64,000 nucleotides of DNA from Flavisolibacter sp. (GTDB lineage: Bacteria; Bacteroidota; Bacteroidia; Chitinophagales; Chitinophagaceae). The position numbers were made by a program, and so were the translations under genes. Below, piece by piece: positions 30,101-38,446 of this stretch. The notes under the pieces are model-generated. The model saw only the letters and a program-made list of their open reading frames with translations, was not told where the DNA came from and searched no databases. Position 1 is the first letter of the stretch. Every line of letters begins with the position of its first letter. Location of the stretch: the NCBI GenBank assembly GCA_035998945.1, contig DASYHD010000040.1, positions 57,062 to 121,061 on the forward strand, given 5' to 3'.

Positions 30101-30735
30101 AGGGACTGGTTCGCGGGAATGGAAGTCCTTTATTTGTAAATGAAAAAGATTCTGTTACAGGACAGGTCTACCTGCAGGATGAGAATGTAGAGCGCCTGGT
30201 GTATGAAGGTCCGGTTGATCCCAAATTCACCGGCGGCTTTTCCAACACGTTCAACTACAAAAATTTTTCGCTGAATATTTTTATTACCTACCAAGCCGGC
30301 AATAAAATACGGCTTTACCCTGCCTTCAGGAACAGCTATACGGATTTCGATGCCATGCCGACTGAGTTCTACGACCGTTGGATGCAGCCTGGTGAAGACC
30401 TGGTTCCGGGTGTGCAGCCGGCCATACTGGATGCCTATACAGCCTACCTGCTAAGCGGTACGTATGCGTATAACAATTATAATTTTTCAACGGCCAGGGT
30501 GGCGAGTGGCGATTTTATCCGGTTAAAAACGGTATCGCTCACCTACCAGTTGAGCAAGGAAACTCTGAGCAGGATCGGATTCAATTCCTTGTCGTTAACA
30601 GCAGCGGCCATCAATCCCTGGCTGATATATGCCGACCCCAAGCTAAGGGGACAGGACCCGGAGTTTTTTAACGCCGGCGGCGTGGCCATGCCGATACAGC
30701 GACAATTTACGTTTTCCTTAAAACTGGGTTTGTAA
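27193..30735 (+). CDS. SusC/RagA TonB-dependent outer membrane transporter (2)
   Basis: Plug MLEGRAAGV, ILKDAAATALYGARAMNGVVVITTK, LTWEK, QDPE. Start uncertain: ATG 27193 chosen, ORF track starts at 27010. Confidence 0.93.
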   Translation: MMPVLREVDIILKKYNRKQQKLFVKSNLGLPKVACFMLLTIFLFHISGQANEGAKNLDETFSGWTKNKKEVVRNAGPTGISGFVADTIIRGKVVDSAGAPLQGVSVAVRGTQIGTTTNAAGEFILRGLPANAVLEISNVGYEMQEITVRPGQTTLAVTLLRNQGVLADVVVTGFQRISRKNFTGAAVTLKAEDVRIEGMADVSRMLEGRAAGVSVQNVSSTFGSAPKVRIRGATSINGENKPLWVVDGVVLEDIINISNDQLSSGDPTTLLGSAIAGISPSDIESFDILKDAAATALYGARAMNGVVVITTKRGRSGKAQISYTGNFSTQLKPRYADYNIMNSAQQMSVWGELERKGLLNTDILSSPNYGVYGKMYDLMNADDNGNFPLQNTTAARNAFLKSYALKNTDWFDILFRNSLIQEHALSISTGSDRSQSFFSTSFYNDNGWTIADNVKRYTLNFRNNYNFSDKLTGGFQTVGSVRQQQAPGSLSRQSNPVTGQFDRDFDINPFSYALNTSRAITAYDDNGNREYFRRNFAPFNILTELENNRLLIDVIDLKLQGELNYRFANHFRYEFIGAVRYVKSTREHEITENANMANAYRAAGNQTIRNANKFLYRNPDEPESLPEVVLPYGGFYNRTENSLLSYDIRNSVNYVNTFGGKHNVNLLAGQQIKLADRQNFSNTGYGYQYENGGIPFIDPRILKQTIESNFPYYEMTKTFDRFAAFYLNGQYTFDRKYNIYGTVRYDGSNQLGSAPTARWLPTWSFGGAWNIDEEGFMQNVSKVDYLKLRASYGLTASMGPATNSNIVLRNSTTNRPYSTERESVIQIFNLENSELTWEKNYQLNIGLDGSLFGNRINFSADVYRRRSFDLISLIRTSGIGGSDYDPNTGEFRPYKAANYADLESKGVEFLIGGNIIRKHNWGWRTNLTFGYNTNVITNARNRPLIFDLVKPEGGNRQGYPVNGLFSIDYQGLVRGNGSPLFVNEKDSVTGQVYLQDENVERLVYEGPVDPKFTGGFSNTFNYKNFSLNIFITYQAGNKIRLYPAFRNSYTDFDAMPTEFYDRWMQPGEDLVPGVQPAILDAYTAYLLSGTYAYNNYNFSTARVASGDFIRLKTVSLTYQLSKETLSRIGFNSLSLTAAAINPWLIYADPKLRGQDPEFFNAGGVAMPIQRQFTFSLKLGL

Positions 30736-30747
30736 AAACGACCGAAC

Positions 30748-32202
30748 ATGAAAAAACTCTTTATACCTATTTCCATTTTATTGCTGTTGTTGGCTACAGG
30801 CTGCAGCAAGTACCTTGAAAAAGAACCCGATAATAGAGCCCAGTTAAATACCCCGGCAAAGGTGGCACAACTCCTGGCAAGCGCTTATCCGCAGGCAAAT
30901 TATATGGCATTTGCCGAGTCTATATCGGACAATGTGGCCGATAAAGGAGCCGGCACAATTGAATTAAATAACCGTGATCCTTACTTTTTTGAAGATACCA
31001 AGGATAACCAGCAGGATTCGCCGGAATTTTATTGGAACGCCTGCTATAGGGCCATTTCGACGGCCAATCTTGCATTACAGGCGATCAACGACGCACCGGA
31101 TACAGCCAGCTACCGGGCACAGAAAGGCGAGGCTCTGGTGGCACGGGCCTATGCACATTTTATGCTGGTCAATTTTTTTGCAAAGTTCTACAACCCGGCA
31201 ACCGCTGCATCCGATCCCGGAGTGCCTTATGTGACAGAAGTGGAAAACGTGGTGTTTAAGCAATACGACCGCAGAACGGTGGCCTACGTGTACGAAATGA
31301 TTGAAAAAGATCTGCTGGCCGGGCTGCCCCTGCTAAAAGACGAAAGTTATAATGTGCCGCGTTATCATTTTAATCTTGCTGCTGCCAATGCATTTGCGGC
31401 CCGTTTTTACCTGTTTAAGCAGGACTACAGCAAGGTGGTTCAACATGCCAATGCGGCCCTGCCTTCCAGCAATGTAGCGGCCGTATTGAGGCCCTGGAAC
31501 ACCACCTATCTGACCATGACATATAACGAACTGTATGCGGTCTATGCAAAAGCAACAGAGCCGGCCAATTTATTGCTGATAGAGACTCAATCGCTTTGGG
31601 GCCGCAACTATTTTACAACCCGGTATGGGCTGGACGCCAGCCGGCGTGATTCCATCTTTGAAACGAATGTCACCGGCGGACGATGGGCCTTCGAGTTTCA
31701 AACCTATACGGCCGGTACCAACAACTATCTTCTTCCGAAAATAAATGAGTATTTTGTAAAAATATCGGTGAATGCCGAGATTGGCTTTCCCTACGTAATG
31801 GTACCGGCTTTTACAACAGAAGAAGTCTTATTCAACAGGGCAGAAGCGTACACCTACCTGAACAATACCGCGGCCGCCCTTGCTGACCTGAATACTTATG
31901 CCAGTACCCGTATTGCAAACTACAATGCAGGCACACATGCCATCACGGCTACAAGCATTAGCAATTATTATAATGCAGCTACACTGCAGCAGGGTTTAAT
32001 ACAGACAATACTCGATTTTAAACGTGCCGAGTATGTGCAGGAAGGCATGCGTTGGTTCGATATCCTTCGGTATAATATACCGGTGACACATGTGGCTGTT
32101 AATCCGACCAGGACAATGACATTGGGGCCAAACGATTTACGGCGTGTGTTTCAGATACCGGAATCGGCAGGCCTTTCCGGCGTTGGCCCAAACCCGCGTT
32201 AA
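30748..32202 (+). CDS. SusD/RagB family lipoprotein (2)
   Basis: Lipobox LATGC, GEALVARAYAHF, EEVLFNRAEA, EYVQEGMRWFDILR. Confidence 0.94.
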   Translation: MKKLFIPISILLLLLATGCSKYLEKEPDNRAQLNTPAKVAQLLASAYPQANYMAFAESISDNVADKGAGTIELNNRDPYFFEDTKDNQQDSPEFYWNACYRAISTANLALQAINDAPDTASYRAQKGEALVARAYAHFMLVNFFAKFYNPATAASDPGVPYVTEVENVVFKQYDRRTVAYVYEMIEKDLLAGLPLLKDESYNVPRYHFNLAAANAFAARFYLFKQDYSKVVQHANAALPSSNVAAVLRPWNTTYLTMTYNELYAVYAKATEPANLLLIETQSLWGRNYFTTRYGLDASRRDSIFETNVTGGRWAFEFQTYTAGTNNYLLPKINEYFVKISVNAEIGFPYVMVPAFTTEEVLFNRAEAYTYLNNTAAALADLNTYASTRIANYNAGTHAITATSISNYYNAATLQQGLIQTILDFKRAEYVQEGMRWFDILRYNIPVTHVAVNPTRTMTLGPNDLRRVFQIPESAGLSGVGPNPR

Positions 32203-32209
32203 CCTGTAA

Positions 32210-33139
32210 ATGATGAAGTACAAAGCAAAACGTATGAAAGTAAAAATATCTTTATTGGTCATCTGCCTAACAACTCTTTTTTCATCTTGTAAAAAGGAGG
32301 AGCCGTTGGGCAATGTTGACAATATTTCTGGCTTGGGCGGAGACATGTGGGCAGAAGGTCCGATTGATAAATGGATTTATGATAACCTGACGGTGCCCTA
32401 CAATATTGCAGTAAAGTATAAATGGGACCAGTCGGAGATTGCCCTGAACAGGACCGTGGTACCCGTGAAAGAAGAGCAGGTGATACCGGTGATGAGTGCC
32501 ATCAAAAAAGCCTGGATAGATGTATATGAAGCCGAGGCAGGCAGCTTGTTTGTAAAAAAATACACACCGAAATTTTTTATCCTGGAAGGAAGCGGCAGCT
32601 ATAATCCTGATGGTACAACGACCTTGGGTACGGCAGAAGGAGGCAGAAAGGTAGTGCTGTACCAGTTAAATTATTTCCGCACAAGGGGCATGCCCGGCTT
32701 TGTACCTGCAGACTCATCACTTATCAAAGAAGTATTTCATACCATTCACCACGAGTTTGGTCATATTCTTCACCAGACGGTCATGTATCCACTGGACTAC
32801 AAACGAATAAGCGTGGGATTATACACCACCAACTGGAATAATATAAGTGATGCCGCCGCACGACTGGACGGTTTTATTTCGCCGTATTCCATGTCGGGCC
32901 CTGATGAGGACTTTGTGGAAATGATTTCAATCATGCTTACGGAAGGGCGAGCCGGTTTTGACCGGATTGTGAACAGCATTACCGGCACCAGTCCGAATGG
33001 AACAACTGCCGACGAGGCAAAAAGCCGCCTCCGGCAAAAAGAGGATATAGTGGTGGATTATTTCAATAAGGTCTGGAAAGTTGACTTCTACAGCTTGCAG
33101 GCAAGAACCAGGACAGCCGTGGAAGGGTTGATTCAATAG
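32210..33139 (+). CDS. substrate-import-associated zinc-binding metallopeptidase lipoprotein (Peptidase_Mx1-like)
   Basis: Lipobox LFSSC, IHHEFGHILHQ (HExxH), GFISPYS...EDFVE. Confidence 0.85.
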   Translation: MMKYKAKRMKVKISLLVICLTTLFSSCKKEEPLGNVDNISGLGGDMWAEGPIDKWIYDNLTVPYNIAVKYKWDQSEIALNRTVVPVKEEQVIPVMSAIKKAWIDVYEAEAGSLFVKKYTPKFFILEGSGSYNPDGTTTLGTAEGGRKVVLYQLNYFRTRGMPGFVPADSSLIKEVFHTIHHEFGHILHQTVMYPLDYKRISVGLYTTNWNNISDAAARLDGFISPYSMSGPDEDFVEMISIMLTEGRAGFDRIVNSITGTSPNGTTADEAKSRLRQKEDIVVDYFNKVWKVDFYSLQARTRTAVEGLIQ

Positions 33140-33157
33140 TTTTAAACGCAACGCAAA

Positions 33158-34525
33158 ATGGTACAATATCTCAGTACAAAAACATTTTCTTTCTGCCTGA
33201 TTGCCTTGCTGGCCGTTTTTGCTGCCTGTAAAAAGGAGCAGGGCCCGGCATTTGACCAATCGCCGGACGAACGGATCAATGCAACACTGGCAAAATACCA
33301 GACCCTTCTTTCGGGCTCGCAGTATGGCTGGAAAGCCGTGGTGCAGCCAGCAGGGGGCGGCGCTTACAGCTTTTACCTGAAATTCAATGACGCCAACAGA
33401 GTGGTCATGTATTCTGATTTTGACTCCTCTACAGCCGTTACGCCGGGAGAAAGCAGCTATCGCCTAAAGTCGCTGCAACAGCCCAGTCTTATTTTCGACA
33501 CATATTCTTACCTGCACCTGTTGTCAGATCCCAACGAGAATACGACAACGATCCAATCCAATGTCAACGGGCTCAGAGGAGGCACCTTGGGCCAGGGCCT
33601 GCAGTCTGATTTTGAATTTGCCTTTGATACGGCTACGACCGACTCCATCAGCCTTACGGGAAGGCAGCACGGCACAAAGGCCTACTTTGTAAAAGCAACC
33701 CAGCAGGAGGCCGCCGCTTACGAAAACCGGCAGTTGGCCGCACCACTCCTGCAATTACAAAACATCAATAAGATACTCTATTATTTTAAACGGCTGACAC
33801 TCGGTGGAAAGCAGTATGACGTCAGCATCAATGATAACACAAAAACCATTTCCTTTACCTGGATTGACAACAATGGAGCTGTCAGGATCTTTAATACAAC
33901 CTTTTATTATACAACGACAGGTATTGTTTTTACAACGCCGTTTAATGACGGTTCGCAAACCATAACCGGTTTTACCGGCATTACCTGGAATGATGCGGCC
34001 AATTCATTTACCCTGTCGGCCAATAACACTACCGGCACCCTGGTAGGCGTCAATAGCCCTATAGTCGTGGACAGAGAGGCGCCAATCAGATGGTGGAATG
34101 CTGCTCTTAATGCAGGCAATACCTACTGGATTTCTGTAGATGGTTTTCATGTGAACGGTGTAGACGATGCCTATAATCTCAAATCGCTCCGGAGCGGTAC
34201 ATCAAGTTATTTCTATATGCTATACTGGCCGCAGTATGGCGCCACTTATGATCTCTTTGCACCAGTATTTCTCAATGAAGCCAAAACCGAGCTGGAACTT
34301 TTTTATGGGACAGCACCACGCACTCTGACGATCAATGCAGATGGGCGTGTCGTGTTCAGAGAATTGGGAACGCTGGGCGCTCAATATCCTGCCACCGGAC
34401 CGGCAGCCCTTTCCCGTACGCAGTTTTACAATGCAGGTGGTTATTATTTTGTGCAAACCAGTGCAACCTCGTATGATATGATCAGCGCTGCTGATGCAAG
34501 GATATGGATTACCTGGGAGATGTGA
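33158..34525 (+). CDS. DUF4302-domain lipoprotein
   Basis: Lipobox FAAC, PDER, YGW, SYRL...FDTYSYLHLLSDP, DFEF. Confidence 0.8.
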   Translation: MVQYLSTKTFSFCLIALLAVFAACKKEQGPAFDQSPDERINATLAKYQTLLSGSQYGWKAVVQPAGGGAYSFYLKFNDANRVVMYSDFDSSTAVTPGESSYRLKSLQQPSLIFDTYSYLHLLSDPNENTTTIQSNVNGLRGGTLGQGLQSDFEFAFDTATTDSISLTGRQHGTKAYFVKATQQEAAAYENRQLAAPLLQLQNINKILYYFKRLTLGGKQYDVSINDNTKTISFTWIDNNGAVRIFNTTFYYTTTGIVFTTPFNDGSQTITGFTGITWNDAANSFTLSANNTTGTLVGVNSPIVVDREAPIRWWNAALNAGNTYWISVDGFHVNGVDDAYNLKSLRSGTSSYFYMLYWPQYGATYDLFAPVFLNEAKTELELFYGTAPRTLTINADGRVVFRELGTLGAQYPATGPAALSRTQFYNAGGYYFVQTSATSYDMISAADARIWITWEM

Positions 34526-34641
34526 TAATTTGTGAATTATTTAAAACATTTATCTAAATTGCTAACGGTGCTGCTTATCTGAATGCCTATAGAATTACTA
34601 TGTACTTCACCTGCTAATATTCAAATTCAAAAGTAAAATGT

Positions 34642-35208
34642 ATGAACGCTAAATTATTTACTATTCCGGGTAGTTTGTTGTTAGTCGTTACACTGTTTTT
34701 TGCCTCCTGTACAAAGGAAGGACCTGCGGGTCCGGCCGGACCCGCAGGTCCGCAGGGTGCGGCTGGACCCCAGGGTTCAACAGGCCCCGCCGGTTCTCCG
34801 GGAACAGCCAATGTGTACTATTCTAGTTGGTTAGATGTGCCCTTTACGCCCAATACTGATTCCAGTGCTTGGACGGGTCTCATTACAGCAACACGATTGG
34901 TTGATTCCATTATCCAACGAGGTGATGTAAAAGTTTATTTGAATGTCAACACCGCCGCATCGCCTACCATTGTACCATTACCACTTGATGCTCTTGCATT
35001 TGGGATGATTGTGACGCCCCTTTATCAGGTGGGAAGGATTACTCTCGTTGCTTCTGATGATGCGGGCACATTTACCGATACAAATAATCAAAAGGCCTGG
35101 CAATATCGCTATATTCTGATTCCGGGCGGTACATCCACCGGCCGGATTGCGTCAATTGATTGGAACAATTATAAAGAGGTGAAATCCTATCTCGGTCTAA
35201 AAGATTAA
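34642..35208 (+). CDS. lipoprotein with a short collagen-like (Gly-X-Y)10 stalk
   Basis: Lipobox FFASC, then ten Gly-X-Y triplets at 34720-34809, then a globular domain. Confidence 0.85.
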   Translation: MNAKLFTIPGSLLLVVTLFFASCTKEGPAGPAGPAGPQGAAGPQGSTGPAGSPGTANVYYSSWLDVPFTPNTDSSAWTGLITATRLVDSIIQRGDVKVYLNVNTAASPTIVPLPLDALAFGMIVTPLYQVGRITLVASDDAGTFTDTNNQKAWQYRYILIPGGTSTGRIASIDWNNYKEVKSYLGLKD

Positions 35209-35230
35209 AAGCCCTTTATACGAAGCAACT

Positions 35231-35271
35231 AAAAAGAGGCTGTCCCGAATTTTTGGAGGCAGCCTCTTTTT
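35231..35271. terminator. bidirectional AGAGGCTG/CAGCCTCT hairpin terminator
   Basis: aaaaagaggctgtc ... ggcagcctcttttt between convergent genes; same arms as 26645. Confidence 0.7.
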
Positions 35272-35287
35272 AATGGGGAAGAAGTAA

Positions 35288-36841
35288 TCAGAGCTTTATC
35301 TCATCACCATTCTCGTCAAAAAATTTAAACTCTGTGAGGTGGTAGCTGGTATCGCCAACGGCAGTGATTTTTTTGCCAAACTTGCGTTTCCATTTCGCCA
35401 CTTTGGTTGCCCAAAAAAAGCCTTTGGTAAGATAAGCATGCAGGATTGGGTGGGTTACAATGGTAAGTTCTTTATGGTTGTGGGTAAAAAGATAGCTGAG
35501 GTTCTTTTCAATTTCGTCTTCCAGCAGGAGGGTGGATGAAATTTTTCCTGTACCGTTACAGGTAGGACAAACTTCCTGCGTGTTGATGTTCATCTCCGGC
35601 TTCATGCGCTGACGGGTGATCTGCATGAGGCCAAACTTGGAAATAGGAAGCACCGCATGCTTGGCCCTGTCGGGCTGCATGAACTTTTCCATGGCTTCCA
35701 TCAGCTTCTTTTTGTTTTCCGGGAGCTTCATGTCAATGAAGTCCACCACGATGATACCGCCAATATCACGCAAGCGCAACTGGCGGGCAATTTCTTCTGC
35801 CGCCTCAAGGTTTGTTTCCAGGGCATTTTGCTCCTGATTGTTGCTAACGCTTTTATACCCGCTGTTTACATCAATCACGTGCAGGGCTTCGGTATGCTCA
35901 ATGATGATGTAAGCACCGCTGTTCAGGTTTACCGTTTTGCCAAACGACGATTTAATTTGTTTGGTCACACCAAACTGGTCGAAAATGTGTGTACCATTCT
36001 GGTGAAAGGTCACAATCTCCGCTTTCTCCGGCGCTACTTTCTGGATGTAGGTTTTTGAATCGGTGTAAATGTTTTTGTCGTTGGTGATGATACGGTTGAA
36101 ATCTTCGTTCAATAAGTCACGAAGGATAGAAGCTGTTTTCGTTTGTTCACTTAAGATCTTCGTAGGTGGTACTGCGCCTCTCAGGTTATCCTGAATGGAC
36201 TTCCACATAGCTGTCAGTTCCGACAGGTCTTCGTGCAGTTCGGCCGTGTTCTTACCTTCAGCGGCTGTGCGGACAATTACCCCAAAGTTCTTTTGTTTGA
36301 TAGACTCAACGATACGCTGGAGGCGCTTGCGCTCTTCAGAAGAATGAATCTTGCGGGAAACGGCAACAATGTCGTTGAACGGCGTGAGAACTACAAATCT
36401 ACCGGGCAGTGAGATTTCGCAACTCAGGCGCGGGCCTTTGTTTGCAATGGGTTCTTTTAAGATCTGAACGAGGATGTTAGGCTTACCATTCAGGACCTCG
36501 TTGATTTTACCAGTTTTAATGATCTCCGGTTCAACCTGGAAAGTACCGAAGTCCATACCACCGGGTGTTTTGTCGTTGATAGCAAGCTGAGTAAATTTCA
36601 GGAGCGATTTGGCATAGGGGCTAAGGTCGGTATAGTGTAAAAAAGCATCTTTGTCAAAGCCTACATCCACAAAGGCGGCGTTGAGGCCGGGAATGAGCTT
36701 TTTTACCTTGCCCAGATACAAATCGCCAACAGCAAAGCGTGCATCAGTTTTTTCGCTGTGCAGCTCCACCAGTTTTTTTTCTTCTAATAGCGCAATTTCC
36801 ACACCCGACGAAGTGGAGTTAATAATCAATTCCTTATTCAC
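35288..36841 (-). CDS. rng: ribonuclease E/G family (RNase G-sized, no C-terminal scaffold)
   Basis: S1 domain LYLGKVKKLIPGLNAAFVD, VIDVNSG, RQLRLRDIGGIIVVDFIDM, CPTCNGTG. Confidence 0.93.
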   Translation of the reverse strand: MNKELIINSTSSGVEIALLEEKKLVELHSEKTDARFAVGDLYLGKVKKLIPGLNAAFVDVGFDKDAFLHYTDLSPYAKSLLKFTQLAINDKTPGGMDFGTFQVEPEIIKTGKINEVLNGKPNILVQILKEPIANKGPRLSCEISLPGRFVVLTPFNDIVAVSRKIHSSEERKRLQRIVESIKQKNFGVIVRTAAEGKNTAELHEDLSELTAMWKSIQDNLRGAVPPTKILSEQTKTASILRDLLNEDFNRIITNDKNIYTDSKTYIQKVAPEKAEIVTFHQNGTHIFDQFGVTKQIKSSFGKTVNLNSGAYIIIEHTEALHVIDVNSGYKSVSNNQEQNALETNLEAAEEIARQLRLRDIGGIIVVDFIDMKLPENKKKLMEAMEKFMQPDRAKHAVLPISKFGLMQITRQRMKPEMNINTQEVCPTCNGTGKISSTLLLEDEIEKNLSYLFTHNHKELTIVTHPILHAYLTKGFFWATKVAKWKRKFGKKITAVGDTSYHLTEFKFFDENGDEIKL

Positions 36842-36992
36842 ATTACAATGTCTTTAATAAATACAGGTGTACGTAAAAATACAGGCTATGCACTTGTTAC
36901 CGGTTGCTGAAGTTGATGGACTGATGGGATTGAGAGAGGCAAATTGATGGGAACTGCAATCGGTAAGAATAAGGCATCGCCACAAAAGGATA

Positions 36993-37022
36993 ACCGGAAG
37001 CTTCCGCTGGAGGCTTCCGGTT
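36993..37022 (-). terminator. hairpin 3' of bS22
   Basis: aaccggaagc/gcttccggtt arms. Confidence 0.5.
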
Positions 37023-37035
37023 TATCTATGAGAAC

Positions 37036-37128
37036 CTATTTACGCTTTTTATGACGGTTCTTACGTAATCTTTTTTTGCGTTTATGCGTCGCTATCTTAT
37101 GACGTTTTCTTTTTTTACCACAAGGCAT
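37036..37128 (-). CDS. 30S ribosomal protein bS22 (AURKAIP1/COX24-like), 30 aa, absent from the ORF track
   Basis: Hand translation MPCGKKRKRHKIATHKRKKRLRKNRHKKRK*; closely matches the Bacteroidota bS22 as I recall it (MPSGKKRKRHKVATHKRKKR...NRHKKK). Confidence 0.88.
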   Translation of the reverse strand: MPCGKKRKRHKIATHKRKKRLRKNRHKKRK

Positions 37129-37141
37129 AGTCTGAAAGAGT

Positions 37142-38017
37142 TTATTTATTGTTTTTTAAATCAGATACACGTTTTTCAATTTCCTTCTTTATTTCCGGGT
37201 TGGATACAAAGGGAATGGCTTGCCGGTAAGCTTTTGCCGCATCGTCTTTGTGTCCCATCCGTTCGTAGGTGTCGGCCAATAATAAGATGGCCTGCAGGTT
37301 ATCGGGTTGCAAGTGAAGCACGGTTTTTAACCGTTCTACTGCTTTATCCAACTGTCCTGACATAAGGCTGGCCTCTGCCAGGGTTATTTGGCCGTAGGTA
37401 TTGGTTGAATCTTTTTCCACCACTTCCCTGATAAGGGAAATTCCTTTCATGGGTTCGTGACCGCTGTAAAGGATGGTGGCACCCAAACCTACTTTTGCTG
37501 AATCATTTTGGGGATTCAGTTTCAAAGAACGTTCAAACAGATCAGTTGCCTGGTCCGCTTCCCAGTGTTTCATACGGTGGTCACCTTCACGGCCCAATGC
37601 TTCCAAAAATAAACGGGCAGCAAAGGAAAGGGATTTTTCGGAATTTTCCAACCGGGCTGCTTCGGCAGTATAATAAGCATAAGGATACCAGGCCATGGGT
37701 GTAAAAGCCCTGGCGCTGTCGGCCCAAAAACGGGCCAGCTGGTGCATGAGGTGTAATTTCTGTTCGGCTACATCACCACGGGTAATGCTGTTTTCCAGTT
37801 GTGCCAGCCGGCTGACCTGTGCCTGCGGTAACGACTTTTTGGCATAAAAAAGCACACTGTCAGTAGAAAGACCTTCATCGCTATGTGCTGCCTGAGCCGG
37901 TGCCGGACCCGAAGATTTTGCTTTTCTTTCACCAAAAAGCTGTCCCTGCGTAGCAGCAAATAAGCTGATAACAATTAAAATGGCTACTGAAAGTGTGATC
38001 CACTGGGGCTTGTTCAT
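37142..38017 (-). CDS. membrane-anchored tetratricopeptide repeat protein
   Basis: N-terminal TM, TPR-like helices (FERSLKLNPQND, LQPDNLQA). Confidence 0.85.
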   Translation of the reverse strand: MNKPQWITLSVAILIVISLFAATQGQLFGERKAKSSGPAPAQAAHSDEGLSTDSVLFYAKKSLPQAQVSRLAQLENSITRGDVAEQKLHLMHQLARFWADSARAFTPMAWYPYAYYTAEAARLENSEKSLSFAARLFLEALGREGDHRMKHWEADQATDLFERSLKLNPQNDSAKVGLGATILYSGHEPMKGISLIREVVEKDSTNTYGQITLAEASLMSGQLDKAVERLKTVLHLQPDNLQAILLLADTYERMGHKDDAAKAYRQAIPFVSNPEIKKEIEKRVSDLKNNK

Positions 38018-38051
38018 ACGTTTACCACTCTCCTGCTAAAGGAAAGAGCGG

Positions 38052-38059
38052 CAAAGTTA
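38052..38059 (-). promoter_or_regulatory. -7 promoter element overlapping the HU stop codon, for the TPR-bS22 unit
   Basis: Reverse complement TAACTTTG. Confidence 0.5.
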
Positions 38060-38347
38060 GTCGACGACAGTGGTTTTTTTCACGTCGGCTACAAACTCTT
38101 TGGCCGGCTTAAAGGCAGGGATGTGGTGTTCGGGGATGTGTACGGCCACATTTTTTTTGATGTTCCGACCAATTTTGGCAGCCCTTTTTTTGGTGATGAA
38201 CGAACCAAATCCCCGGATGTAGATGTTTTCACCTGCAGAAAGGCTTTCTTTGATTTCACGGAAAGCGGTTTCCAGTGTCATTAATACATCCACTTTGGGA
38301 ATCCCTGTCTTTTCAGAGATTTTGTTGACTAAGTCTGCTTTTCTCAT
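38057..38347 (-). CDS. HU/IHF family DNA-binding protein
   Basis: MRKADLV, IRGFGSF, AKIGRNI, PAFKPAKE. Confidence 0.95.
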   Translation of the reverse strand: MRKADLVNKISEKTGIPKVDVLMTLETAFREIKESLSAGENIYIRGFGSFITKKRAAKIGRNIKKNVAVHIPEHHIPAFKPAKEFVADVKKTTVVD

Positions 38348-38446
38348 AGCGATTTCTTTTGCGTATTAAGCAACAATATAGCGTAAAAAAGAGTGTGTGT
38401 CAATAGAATAGATAAATTCTTGCCCTAAATTAGGGTTTTTGGCCAA

